A stretch of 64,000 nucleotides of DNA from Gekko japonicus. Taxonomy: Eukaryota. Numbering within the stretch: the first letter of the stretch is position 1; every line of letters starts with the position of its first letter. Shown piece by piece: positions 1 to 12,261 of this stretch. Location of the stretch: the NCBI RefSeq assembly GCF_001447785.1, contig NW_015175972.1, positions 1,840,989 through 1,904,988 on the forward strand. The letters run 5' to 3'. Both the position numbers and the translations under genes were made by a program. The notes under the pieces were generated by a model. The model was not told where the DNA came from. It worked only from the letters and a program-made list of their open reading frames with translations, and searched no databases.

Positions 1-772
1 AAAATTGACTTCGTGTCTCCTAAATGCTGTGCTCACTCATGGAAGGAGGCATGGGGTGCGGCTCCTAATGTAACCTTCCCGTGTGGGGTCCTGACTCCTG
101 AAGAGCTGCTTTCTCTCCCACCGGAATATCACGATTTGGCTGAAGTGTTTGGGGAAGTGGAAGCTGACGAACTACCCCCCCACCACAACTCTGACTGTAG
201 CATTGAGTTTTTGCCGGGCTGTAAGCTTCCCAAAGGGAAAATATATGCCATGGGACCCGCAGAAAAAGCGGAACTGCGGAAGTTCATTGACAAAAACTTG
301 GCGAGAGGTTTTATCCGCCCGGCTTCCTCCCCCTTTGCAGCCCCGGTTTTGTTCCGGAAGAAGAAGGATGATGGTCTTCGCTTATGTACTGATTATCGTG
401 GCATTCCCTCACTCCTGTAGTTGTTATTCTTTTCATGTTAGGCATCTGTAACTGCCAAGGTTCTCCAGCTGGTGTGATGGGGTATTGTGTCTTTATGCTC
501 TGGCTTGTTTAGGTTTCCCGTGTGAACTCAACTTGTGTTTATGGAACTGGCCGTTGCTGTTCTCAGGCCGCTTCGCGCCTTTTCTAATCTGTAACCTAAC
601 GAGGGAAATGAGCTCATTGGTTTAAACCTTGTTTGAAGTTCCTTTAATACACCTTCCCTGGGTATTGTAGTTATTCCTAACAATCTCTGTATGTTCATGA
701 TCAACCATGCTTTGGAAATAAATCTTGCTTCTTTTTGAACGTGGATCTATTCTCCTGATTTGGGATCTAACA
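1..772 (+). mobile_element. Internally deleted Ty3/Gypsy (chromovirus/sushi-like) LTR retrotransposon: pol RT N-terminal fragment plus probable 3' LTR remnant, in MCM2 intron 6
   Basis: ORF 13-420 reads EYHDLAEVF..ELPPH..DCSIEFLPG..KGKIYAM..ELRKFIDKNLARGFIRPASSPFAAPVLFRKKKDDGLRLCTDYRG, typical of the start of Gypsy RT. Similarity stops after DYRG (~402). AATAAA at 717-722 and an end at ...CTAACA (772), after which the right half of a MITE resumes. Confidence 0.75.
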
Positions 773-938
773 GACAGCAGAGATCTGTCTCCCTGGAGAA
801 AATGGCCACTTTGGAGGGTGGACTCTGTGGCATTAGACCCAGCTGAGGCCTCTCCCTCTCCCTTCCCCAAACACAGCCCTCCTCCTTAGACTCCACCACA
901 GTTCCTCTAGGAATCCCCCAGCCTGGCACTGGCAACCC
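773..938. mobile_element. Right half of a TAGGGTTGCC-type MITE (interrupted by the Gypsy insertion)
   Basis: Body ccctggagaaaatggccactttggagggtggactct...ggcaaccct matches the other copies at 9991, 25447, 57903 and 62337. Confidence 0.6.
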
Positions 939-1751
939 TTGTCAGGCCTGGCCCCAAGGCTCCCTCCTTCCCTCAAAGGCCAAAATAGGCCTGGAAAGGG
1001 CCCCTCCCCCTTACTGAAAGAGCCAGTTAGAAGCCCCCCCCCCCAATCCAAATTTCTCACCATTGATGCCTGGAGTGATTGGCCCCTGCAGAGGCCATTT
1101 CAAAAGGTATGGGGGGGGGGGATTCAACCCTCCCCAAGTTTTTCTTTGTTTTTTAGTTTTTTGGATTTTTCTGCAAACCTAGAGAGTGCCCTGAGTCTGT
1201 AGAAAAAGCTGTTGGGGGACGGTCAGGCTTCTGTTGGCAGAAATAAGTATCTGCACCCAAAACAGACTTTGGCTATTCGATTGATAGATAATCACTATGA
1301 CACACTGTGGATTTAAAGCAAAGACAGGCCATTCGATCTCATGTCCACACAACAGATCTCCAAAACAGTAGGCATGTTAGGATACATTCTGTAAAAAAAT
1401 GATACAAGACTTGATCTCCAAGGTGTGAGTTGTATTATTAACTTGGTAGCCAGCAGCCTACTTCACTGTGCGGGGTCCACACAAGACAGACTCTTGCAAC
1501 CCTGCATGCATGCACACCTCAACTACGATCATGACCAGGGGCAAGCGCACCTGCCCTATAATCATTGACAAATCATCTGAGGTTCTCATACCAGCAAGAA
1601 GCAATTTGTTTCATTTCACCCCAAAAGCCAGCCTTTGGGCTTGTTCTCCAATTCTGTTAGCAATACAACTACCTTAACACACACAATCTGAACAGTGTGG
1701 TTTCTTAAAACATCACAGAAGACTCCTAGCCTTGTCCCAAACGTCACTTAC

Positions 1752-1959
1752 CTGTTCCATGTTGATTTCAAAGGGACCAGCAGACTGACACTCAGGGCAG
1801 GATCCAGGCTTCACTTCCTGGTTCTGAGACTGACAGAAAGGCCCCAGGATGAAGCTGCACTTAGTACAATTGTATTTGACCAAGCTGAGCTGGGGGAGGA
1901 CCCCTGTGCAGCTTGTTACAACCCCACCCGTCCGGATCAGCTGGTTCAAATGTAGCTGC
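1752..1959 (-). CDS. MCM2: MCM2 coding exon 6 (zinc-finger region)
   Basis: [69 protein letters not shown]; acceptor ttttgttacag, donor gtaagt; 208 nt, in phase with exon 5. Confidence 0.97.
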
Positions 1960-2431
1960 CTGTAACAAAAGGCAAGAGCAAAGTTAGGGTAGGAAAAGCC
2001 TCTAATATGAGAGAAAAGTGATTACAGTGGTCCCTGTGTTATCATGGCATATATGACGGGCAGAATGTTACTGGAACAGGCACAATGCCCTAGAAATATC
2101 TGATTTGGGGTGCTTAAGGGATTGCAGCACTTTTCTTATGAGGCAAAGCTACAGAATCTTACCGCTAAAACAATGGAGGGAGGATAATATTAATAAAACG
2201 GGAAAATATTAAACAAATTTAATATACAAGACATTGTGCCGCCTCAAAATCTACTTCACTCCTCTTTCCTCTCAATTTTTTTTCAAGTGCTGCCACTAAA
2301 CAATCGGGCAAGTGGCTAACAAGCCTGGTTTAAGAGCCTTGGTCACAGATGCAAGGATAACAGGATTAACTGTACACCTGTACCTTTAAGGCCAAAACAA
2401 AGATTTATTGGAGAGAGCAGGTCGGTACAAC

Positions 2432-2801
2432 CAGGGCTATTTTTGGGCAGGAACGGAGTTCCTGCTGGCTCCCGAGTTGGCCATGCCCAGCAGGAACTCA
2501 TTAGTATAATAGGCCACACCCAACAGCAGAAACTCATTAGGACTGGCTACATTAGGGGTGTGTGGCCTAACATGCAAAGGGTTCCTGCTACAAAAAAAAG
2601 CCCCTGGGTTTTGACAACAAACAAGGTAAACAGAATAAGAAGCAAAAGGTGAATGTGGCTGGATGACCACCCTTCTGGTAATGTGGGGTGTGGCGTAATA
2701 GGCTAATGAGCTGCTGTCAGGGGTGTGGCCTAATATGCTGATGTTTTTCTGCTGTTGGGTGTGGCCTGTTATGCTGTGCTTTTTCTACAAAAAACCCCCT
2801 G
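2432..2801. mobile_element. hAT-type non-autonomous MITE (CAGGG...CCCTG termini)
   Basis: Perfect 8-bp TSD GGTACAAC at 2424-2431 and 2802-2809; internal repeats of ggggtgtggcctaat. Confidence 0.8.
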
Positions 2802-3375
2802 GGTACAACAGAATGATTCAGGAAGGTGTTTTTATAAAGAGAAGAGGACTGTAGCCTATGCTCACTGTTTATGGTATCCATCATGTGTTTATTGTATGTA
2901 TTACCCTGCTCTTACTACATTGTTGTCTACTTTTGTAATTCCATTTTCTGTATTCCTTTGACATAAAATGGCTGATTTTTTTTTCATTTCTGAACCCTAA
3001 TCCTAGTCCTATTCTGCTGTTTATTAGATGTCTCCAAATATTAGGTTACACAATATAAATAAATGAAGTCTGCCTTGAACCTCAGTGAGAAAGGCAGACG
3101 ACAAATTCAATAACATAATAAACCTGGACCCTAAGTTTAAGAGGGTTGCCTCTGAGAAGGCTGAGAGACTGAACTAATTTTATAGCTTTCCGTTACAGAA
3201 GTTTTCCATTCAAGTAGTTTTTCTGGAGAGGCGGCAAATCAATATTCTCAATACGTGAACACGCTCAAATTGCTGCCCGTTTCCTAAACAGATTACTGAG
3301 ATTAAGCTGGCAGAAACATGTGCTGCAGTGTTTTGCCGAAGAGTTTGTCTTCCCTGAAACCAGGCTGACTCCTCA

Positions 3376-3915
<540 letters not shown>

Positions 3916-4611
3916 TTACCATGCGGGGACCCGCGAGGAATTCTAGGGAAGAGAAAAACCCATTTCCCCCTTACCTCTCTTCCACTCTGCTCCGGACTGC
4001 CTCCTCCACCTTTTCCTAGCCACCATTCCCAGGGCACCCACTGAACTTTGCACCAGGTGCCTTGTGGTGCATTGCTACGGGCATCCAAAAATGGTAAGCT
4101 GGACTACAGCTGCTTTGTTAAACTCCAACCTAGGTAGGTGTCACTGACAAGATTCCCTCCCCCCAAATTTTTCTACCAAATTAAGATTTTTCTCCAAACC
4201 TGGGGTTTTCCCTGGGTTTGCAGAGCCTGCAACCACAGTACTGGGTGGTTCACTATGCAGATTTTACTACCTGCATGGGAACCCGTCCTTGAGAATTAGA
4301 TATCATGATGGTTAAGCAGTACAAATGACCATAAGAAAAACCTATATGGCCCATTAAAGTCTTCTTTATGATGCTTGTAATGATTAGGTAAAGATGACTA
4401 TGAGATGCGTTATAGCTGTGACTAATTAGAAAGTACTTTTAGTATAGCAGCAATAATAATTATGGAGTTACCCACAGGGAATTATTCTACGAAGAACATG
4501 GTTCCTAAATAAATCATCCATATGGCAGCCATGGAAGAAGAGAAGTTGTATACTGAACAACCACAGCAGAATGATAGACCGAAGGAGATGGCAAGCTCTG
4601 ATACCTCCTCC

Positions 4612-4791
4612 AAGGGCTCTTTTTGTAGCAGGAACTCCTTTGCATATTAGGCCACACACCCCTGATGTAGCCCATCCTCCAAGAGCTTACAGTAGCCCCT
4701 GCAAGAAGAGCTCTGTAAGCTCTTGGAGGATTGGCTACATTAGGGGTGTGGCCTAATATGCAAAGGAGTTCCTGCTACAAAAAGGGCCCTG
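4612..4791. mobile_element. Palindromic MITE (same family as 2432-2801)
   Basis: Near-perfect ~180-bp inverted repeat: gggctctttttgtagcaggaactcctttgcatattaggccacac ... gtgtggcctaatatgcaaaggagttcctgctacaaaaagggccctg. Confidence 0.8.
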
Positions 4792-4990
4792 CAAATGTTA
4801 GTTCTGCTAAAGGGATTTCTGACTGCAGGAAGCCTGTTTTTATCCCCCCAATGAGAAGGCTGGAAAGTATGAGTTTCAACAGCAGGCAAAAACATTGAGG
4901 AAGAAGTCTTCTACATAGACAGCAATTGGGCAAAGTAGCCTACATGTCCCACCCCCCATCATCCTACTCCCCCTTCTCATGCAGCTGTAC

Positions 4991-5254
4991 CTTTGCACAT
5001 GTCACTGATCCTCTCCTTGAAGACATTGTGGCCGTGGTCATCCACATGTGTCTTCAGGAAGTTCTTGAAGCGGTGGTAGATTTCAAGTCGAGGGGCTGCC
5101 ATAGACACCCACTCCCTCACAGAGTGCCCCTTCATGTCTTCCAGGTTCTCAATGCTCTCAATCATGTCTTCATCCTCATCCTCTATGCCATCAGCTGCTC
5201 GTTCAGCCATGCGCCTCTTCCGCGAAGGGCGATCCTCATCTTCATCATCAATGT
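4991..5254 (-). CDS. MCM2: MCM2 coding exon 4
   Basis: [88 protein letters not shown]; acceptor ccctcatccag, donor gtacag; 264 nt. Confidence 0.97.
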
Positions 5255-5324
5255 CTGGATGAGGGGAGGGGACGGATCAGACTAGGATGTAGATGTTATG
5301 TTTTATTTTTGTGTGAGTAATTGT

Positions 5325-5535
5325 GTATGTGTGCACACCTGGAAGTCATGATTGACTTCTGGAGACCCCTAGTGGGGCTTGGATGTTTCAGAGAGGTGGC
5401 TTGCTATTGCCTGCCTCTGTATCCCAGCCCTGGTATTCCTTGGAGGTCTCCCTTCCAAGTACTTGCCAGGGTTAGCCCTGCTTAGCTTCCGAATCCTGAT
5501 GAGATGGGGCTTGCCTGGGCTATCCAGGTCAGGGT
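5325..5535 (-). mobile_element. 5S rRNA-derived SINE with RTE-like 3' tail
   Basis: Reverse strand contains ggaagctaagcagggctaaccctggcaagtacttggaagggagacc..ggaatacc, similar to the 5S internal promoter, followed by a non-5S body. Related copies at 12262-12452 and 45104-45288. Confidence 0.7.
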
Positions 5536-5689
5536 ACTAGAACGTAGACATTGTCTGTAATTCCAACGACAGCAGGCCAAGTGCATAAACAAGATTATCT
5601 GTACATACTCCCAGAAAACACGGTCTCATGCCTATACTCCAGCTCTCCTTCCCTTATAGTCAGAGGGGATGTCTTGTAGGTCACTTGGG

Positions 5690-5945
5690 CCAGTCTCAAA
5701 CTCAAGTGCAGAAAATCCAGAGCATTCCTGACCAGATAGCTGTCTAGCCTCTGCCTGAGAACCACCACAAAGGGAAAGTAAGTCCTACCCACCGGGTAAC
5801 TGGTTCCATTGTCAATCTACCCTTACCATCAGGATATTTCTCTTAACTGTTGAGCCCTACCCTCCTGAGTCTTGCCCCTCTGGAGCAGCAAAGACCAAGT
5901 CCTTGTCATTTTCTATGTGACGGCCTTTCAGGGTGTGATCATGTT
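5690..5945 (-). mobile_element. Degraded CR1-like LINE 3' fragment
   Basis: ccagatagctgtctagcctctgcctgag...ctggttccattgtcaatctacccttaccatcagga resembles the reverse of a CR1 ORF2 C-terminal region. Confidence 0.45.
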
Positions 5946-6202
5946 CCTCCCCCCACCCCAGTCTTCTCTTCTTACTCATCTCATCAAGACATCTGCTGTG
6001 AACAGCTCTGGGGATCCAGTCTCTGTGGCTTCAAACTTGAGATGAGTTCACATCCTAATCTGAGACTGAAAGCCATACCTTGCAGGCTCAGTTACAACTG
6101 TGAAGCGAAACATGCCAGAGTAAACCATTGGTTGTGGGGAAATGCAATGAGTGGGTCTTTAAGAAGTGGACTGTGTGGACGCAGCAAGCTTCAAAGACAT
6201 AC

Positions 6203-6378
6203 CGTAAAGCAGACCAGGCCGCATGCGGCCCAGGCCACGGTCCATTTCGCGGTCCCTCTGCCTCATTGCCTGCTCTGCTGCTTCCCTTTGACTGGCGGTC
6301 AGTTCCTCTATGTCTTCATCATCCATGGCTAAGCCCTCACGTTCATAGAAATCCAACTCTGGAATATGGCGGTAGTCC
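6203..6378 (-). CDS. MCM2: MCM2 coding exon 3 (histone-binding domain)
   Basis: [59 protein letters not shown]; acceptor ggttttctag, donor gtatgt; 176 nt. Confidence 0.97.
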
Positions 6379-6964
6379 CTAGAAAACCACAAATCTCAAT
6401 CAGTCAGCTGTATGGCACTATCAGATGCTCTGGAAACTTGGCATCAATGGAAGAGAGCCCACACTTATTGTGTTACATGCCACTGTTCTCCATTCAGGAT
6501 CATCTCTAAAAGCAGTTTGGGTGCTGCCATCTCTGTTCCATGTTAGAAATCTGATGTACGGCATTGCAGAAGTTGTACATTTGCTACTTATCACCTGCTA
6601 TTCAAAATGCTGACATACATAAGAGAAAGTCCCCTCACCGTAAAATCAACGCCCAGGCCAAACTGCTGGACCTAGAGACACCAAATTCGGGCAGAGCGCT
6701 CCTACCGTGGCGTAGGTGCTTGCTAAGAAGGGATTTTTAGAAATTTGACCCCTAAGTGGGTCAAAAGGGGGGAAATGTGCTCCCCCCATTGATTCCTATG
6801 CGGCTGCCAGGCAGCTGCCTCTCTGCACCCCTCACTCTCTGATTGGTCAGCTGCAGAGCTCAGTGTTCTGAGGTAAAAAAACAAACAAACAACAGTTACA
6901 GGGGACTGCACAGAGCTAATAACAGTTGAGGAAATCAGGAGTGGCCAAGAACCACCTGTGAGGT

Positions 6965-7350
6965 GAAGCAAAGCTGCTGGCCCAGCATTGGCTTCCAACA
7001 CACTCCCCCCCCTCCTACACCTAACAGGCGGTTGTCTGTCAGGTGCAGCAGCGGTTGCAGGGTGCTTAAAGCCATGAGGGAGCCTACCCCAGCAGTAACA
7101 CCTTAGTGATCCTGCTAGCCCTGCCTCCACAGTGGCTTCTAATACTCCTCCTTCCTCCCCATCCTACACTGGACAGGCAGCTGCCTGTCAGGTGTAGGAG
7201 AGGAGGTGGGATGCTTACAGCTGCCGGGGAGGTTTGCTCAGCAGGATTGCCTTAGCACTGCTGCTGGCCCAGCCTCCCCGATGCCTTTAAATACAATTCC
7301 CCCCCCAACACCAGACAGGCCGGTGTCTGTCAGGTGTAGAAGCAGGGCCA
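6965..7350. repeat. Tandem ~145-bp units, each built around a palindromic core
   Basis: Core ACAC(CT)GACAGGCAGCTGCCTGTCAGGTGT recurs at ~7017, 7166 and 7308. Confidence 0.65.
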
Positions 7351-9433
7351 GGGTATGAATGTTTATGGGGAGATAGTAAAGGACATTTCTAGGAGCCATT
7401 TCGATGTGTGCCTCCCTCCCTCATAAACCTGAAGAAATGTCCACCACATCACCACTCCCTCACACCAACTCCCCCTCACACCTCTCACCTCTTACTGCCC
7501 CCAAGAAAAGCTCCTGGCAAAGCCAGATACACCAACGCCACGAGGAAGAGGCAACTTAGGAATGCGGCAAAGACATTTGCACATAGTACTCCTGCAGTGC
7601 ACTGAGCTGCACAGGATCACCCTGAGGTGCTCAGAACAACGCAGTCTCCATGAGCAAAACAATCCAGGAACACAAGTAGAGAGGCCATCACTTTTGTGGA
7701 AGGTAGGAGTTGACTTAACAGACGACTGCTTCTTAAATGGACAGTTCTATGTGGTCTGCTCCAGAGTGAGCTCATCAAGCAGCCTGGTGATCCTAGCACC
7801 TGAGGGCAGAACCACCAATGTGGTCTAGAGACAGGTCCTTCAGTAGAGGGGGAAAAAAGTATGTATGTCTCACTTTATTTCTTACACTCAGGAATATTTA
7901 ATATAAAGAATGTTAACTTTCTACCATGAAGAGGCTCGGTTTTATGAGTGCATGTGTGTTCCCACACTGGAGCCAAGAAAACAGCTCACCTCTTTTTTGT
8001 TTGTAACAGACAGAATATGCTGTGAGATTCAGCCACATCACACATTGTTATGGACACAGCTTCTTTGGATACGTCACAGTCCCTGCTGCAGGGTATTCCA
8101 GGGACAACTCCCAAGTGCTTTCTTTCACTTTGTCTTTCTCTTTCATGCATGTGTACTCACACTCAGCAAGGGACTCTGACACGGAAAAGATCTGACCCTT
8201 CCAGCAAAACACATAACTTCTGTGATCTTTCGATCACCCTCTCCACTGGCCAGGGAGAGCAGTGAGGAGAATGAATTTGGATTGTGACAGTTCCAGGACT
8301 CTGCTTAGGATCTCTAAATAGGATCTTTAAGAATGGGAACAGCTGCCCAATTTCGTTGGATGCTGATATGGGCCATCCCTTCCAGAGAATCCTTCTCCGG
8401 TCCATTAAAAGCAATAAGTATTTGCAACAGCCTGTACTGCTCAAAGAGTCAGTTCTGAAGACAGACAGGCTGCTTGTTCCACCTCCAGCTCCTGTGTGCA
8501 AAAAAGCCCAAATGCACAGGCTCACATCATGCTGCTGCCTCTCAGTTTTCATTGACTGTATGATTTAAACCTATATGGCTTGAATTTTCCATATGTTAAA
8601 GAGACATACACTAATGTCTAACAGGAGCAGCAAGTGTTGTGGGGAGAGTGGATCGCAGGATCCCACTTCCACACAGGCAGCCAGCAAGCTTGTCAAAACC
8701 ATGCCCCAGAGCATCAGTGTGCTCTTTTGACTGCTGGGTGGGTATGTAGGACATAAGGAGGAAGGTCCTATAACTAACATTAAACACTTATTAACATAGC
8801 ACCTTCAAGGTACGGTATGGCAACAAAATCTAAACTTAATAAATCAAGTAAGCTAAGTTTTATGGTAATTCTAAAAAGTAACCTCACCGACAGAAGAGGA
8901 ATGCAAAAGGCACAGGCTTCTAGAGATCAGCAACTGAAAGTACCTTTCCACTTGTGCAGATGCCTCTCCGTGCCCATCAAACTGTCTGGATGCATCTTCT
9001 GATGGGAATGAAAATGCCTATCTGCACTCAGGACCATCTCATCTTACATGTGGATAATGGCCCATGGACTGGATCAGAGCTAGTACTTCCTAAATCTCTT
9101 TTGCAGGGAAACACCCCTGGAAGAGGAGAACTTCAACCATTCTTGTCCTTTCAGCAATAAGTCCTGGTGAAACTGTCATCACTTCTCTGCCTATCTGTTT
9201 CTGCTTGCTGTGTCCACTCCATCCACAAGATCCAACTTCAACCATAATATTTCAACTTCCAAAATAAACCCAAGCTGCTCAGTTATGGAGAACTTTGCCA
9301 AATGAAGAGCGCTTGCACCCTGGCAGCCCACAGCTTCTAGGCTAAACCCTGTTTCCAGTAATCAAATATACCAAGCCATCACTCATATAGGTAGCCTCCA
9401 GACAAGACTTGTAAGCACAAGCACCCCTCCTAC

Positions 9434-9624
9434 CGTTCCATCCCATCTACAATCAGCTCCTCCCCATCATCATCTTCCTCATCAGGGAGGCCTTCAGTCC
9501 CCAGAAGTCCTTCAGATTCATCCTCAAAGGGCGGCAGGTCTCTCCCCGGGCTGGAGGTGAGGGCATCCCCCCGCCGAGAACTGCGTGCAGGGCTGGTGGC
9601 CATGTTGAGCGACTCGGAAGAATC
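9434..9624 (-). CDS. MCM2: MCM2 coding exon 2
   Basis: [64 protein letters not shown]; acceptor tttcttcag, donor gtagga; 191 nt. Confidence 0.96.
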
Positions 9625-9990
9625 CTGAAGAAACACACAGTGACAAGTTAAAAAGCTACAGTGGGCGAGGGCAGGCATCCTGTGAGTAGAGATGCAGAAA
9701 ACAAGGTGATTTTCAAAACCACAAGCATACAGAGTCTATTAAAAACACTCCAAAAAAATAATAATCAGGAAAACGTACTCTGTCAACCACCGCCATCACC
9801 TTTTATCCCTAGAAATTCAAAAAAACTGTGCTGGAAGGGAAGAAGTACCCTAAAAGAGGAAGGAAAGTTAATATATTCCACAAACAACCTATCAAATGTA
9901 GGGAGGCTTGTTGAAAAGAAGGTGCTATTTCTGTGATCTAGAACAACAAGAAAATTTCCCATCCATATTCCAGAAGGGCTCCCCAACAAG

Positions 9991-10186
9991 TGGGGTTGCC
10001 AGCTCTGGGCTGGGAAATACCTGGAGGTTTTGGGGGTGGAGCCTGGGAGGGGACCTCAGCGGGGCATAATGCCACAGAGTCCGCCTACCAAAGCAGCCCT
10101 TTTCTCCAGGGGGATTGATCTTGGGTTGCCTGGAGATCAATTGGAATAGCAGATATCCAGGTGCCACCTGGAGGCTGGCACCCCCA
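9991..10186. mobile_element. TAGGGTTGCC-type MITE (hAT-like)
   Basis: Termini tggggttgccag / ctggcaccccca; near-TSD ccaacaag / caaacaag. Confidence 0.65.
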
Positions 10187-10392
10187 CAAACAAGTAAAAC
10201 TGTAGCTGCTTTCTTGGGATGCAGATTTTCTTTTTTAAAGGCAGAAAATCAGCAGCCTAACTCTCACGGGAGGTATTTATTTACTTCGTTTATAGCTCAT
10301 CTTTCTCACCTAGGCTCAAGGCGGATTACGAAAAAAGGCCTGTTACAAGTAAACCCGTGGCTGGGCTGGCTGCCCTGCTTTAAGAGAATCAA

Positions 10393-10742
10393 AAAGGTAA
10401 AGGTTTCCCTTGCTCGAAAGCCAATCGCGTCCAACTCTAGGGTTGCGGTGCTCATCTCCGTTTCAAAGCCGAAGAGCCAGTGGTGTCCGAAGAAGTTTCC
10501 GTGGTCATGTGGCCGGGGCATGACTAAACACCGAGGCGCACGGAACGCTGTTACCTTCCCACCAAAGTGGTCCCTATTTATCTACTTGCAATTTCTTGCT
10601 TTCGAACTGCTAGGTTGGCAGGAGCTGGAACTAGAGACGGGAGCTCACTCCGTCATGCAGCACTCAGGTCTCGAACTGCTGAACTACCGACCTTCCACAG
10701 CCTTCAGTTCAGCGTCTTAACCACTTGAGCCACCGCAGCTCC
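10393..10742 (-). mobile_element. Sauria SINE (Squam1), full length
   Basis: Reverse strand begins ggagctgcggtggctcaagtggttaagacgctgaa (tRNA-like box A) and ends in an (ACCTTT)n tail; nearly identical to copies at 13176, 28084 and 58705. Confidence 0.9.
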
Positions 10743-11515
10743 AACTAGGCCCAAATCTCCATTGCGCCATGAGGTTCACTAGGTAGGGCACACTGGGCCT
10801 GTCAGTGTCCGTTTCAAGTACCTCCCACAGGGTGGTTGTTAAGGATGAAATGGAGTGAGTGAGTTTCGGTGTACGCTGCCTTAAGCTCCTTGGAGGAAAA
10901 GGGAGACAGAAAAGTCCTCAGTGACTGTTCCCCTCCAAAATACAGGAGGCTCACATGCCTGAGAGCAAGCCCCACGAAGAACACGCACACTCCAATGGAC
11001 GGGAAGAGAGGGGCCCCCAACACACTAGTCTTCTGTGCTAGGCCACCACCCCCTGTATAGATACAGGGGGTGGTGGCAGTGGCTAGGCTCCTGGGAGGTT
11101 GGTTTTTTTTAGCGTAGCGGAGGTCCTGTGAGCTCCCTCTGCTGTCTGAAATCGAACAGGCGAGAATCCGTGCCGTTAAACAAAAGGGGAACTCCCCCAC
11201 CCCAACTCCGAGGGAAGATTTTAAGATGCTGGATCCGCCTGTTACTATCAAACCCCTCCGTACTAGAAAGCTCTCCCCCCCCACCCCCCGCGGAAGGCTG
11301 CAGATCCCAGAGCACCCAGCTGAGGAATGAAGGGGGGGGGGGTTGTTTGTTTTTTAATGAACAACCCAATAGTCAGGCGAATGCCTGGCGCACAAAAAAC
11401 TTGGCGGAAAGCGGGCTCGGTGGGGAGAGGATACATCCAAGCCAGAAAAAGGGAAACTCAACACAAACCTCGACTCCCTAGCAGCAGAATAAAGCCAACT
11501 GCTACAGACACTTAC

Positions 11516-11521
11516 CGCCAT
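11516..11521 (-). CDS. MCM2: MCM2 coding exon 1 (Met-Ala)
   Basis: Minus strand gagATGGCG|gtaagt: two codons followed by a consensus donor, phase 0 into exon 2 (MA-DSSES), in a CpG-rich region. Confidence 0.9.
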
Positions 11522-11559
11522 CTCTGCAGCAATCCGCACAATTCTTTTCTACTACAGCC

Positions 11560-11750
11560 GCAGCAGTCCGGATTCCGCGCGAAATAAAATCACGTGGCTA
11601 AAAAGCCCGCGAAAGCTCATGAATAATGACCCAGCAACTACTGAATATGCAGATAAGGCGGAACCTCTTCTGGGAACGAATAGTGGAGAACGCGTTCATG
11701 AATATTAACCGCTCATGAAGGAGGGCAGCACCGTGACGTTGTCCGGATGG
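11560..11750 (-). promoter_or_regulatory. MCM2 promoter: two E2F sites flanking an E-box
   Basis: GCGCGAAA 11577-11584 (TTTCGCGC), CACGTG 11591-11596, CCGCGAAA 11607-11614 (TTTCGCGG), 55-95 nt upstream of the ATG. MCM genes are established E2F targets. Confidence 0.8.
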
Positions 11751-11861
11751 AAGGTCAATAAGCATTATACAAGCTCGAAAAGAAAAAGAGAGCACTAATG
11801 TAAAGATTAGCAAATCGGGGGATGTGCGGCCCGATCCTATGCATGTTTAGCAGATACTCTT

Positions 11862-12075
11862 AGCAGAACAAAGTTCGAGTCCAGTGTCACCTTTAAGACC
11901 AACAAAGTTTCACTCATGGTATGAGCTTTCCTGTGCACGCACACTTCCTCAGATACAGCGAAATGGAAGTTAATAGTCCATACATGTAGGCAGAGGGTGA
12001 ACAGCAAATTAGCATACAACATAATGAAGATGTTTGAACAGATGCAAAGACCAAACAGGAATAACAAGCTAAGTT
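11862..12075 (-). mobile_element. Penelope-like element terminus with minimal type I hammerhead motif (core 11919-11956)
   Basis: Minus strand GTAT-CTGAGGA-A-GTGTGC-GT-GCACAG-GAAA-GCTC-ATAC followed by actttgttggtcttaaaggtgacactggac, the reptile Penelope pLTR tail. Confidence 0.75.
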
Positions 12076-12261
12076 TATATGGTCACCATTTCTTTGGATT
12101 TAATTGTGGGGGAGGACACTGTAAAGCAAAAAAATAATAATTGTCAAAATAGGAGACCAATTTGTAACTGTATCCTTTTTGTGGGATGCTAAGAGTAATC
12201 AACTGAGATCCTGTCGTTATGATAATGGTAGTATTTGTAATTGGATTTTTATTTTATTTTT

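Noticed and set aside
939-1751. MCM2 exon 7
   Set aside because: No TxYQNYQRI-like coding segment found on the minus strand; the exon must lie left of the window.
5410-5535. Possible 5S rRNA gene
   Set aside because: Only the internal promoter part resembles 5S. It is fused to a SINE body and tail and occurs in several diverged copies.
10115-10720. 201-aa ORF and related ORFs (13212-13505, 28069-28401, 58572-58883) sharing MTKHxGARNAVTFP..LLGWQELELETG
   Set aside because: They look like a repeated protein family but are antisense readings of Sauria SINE copies.
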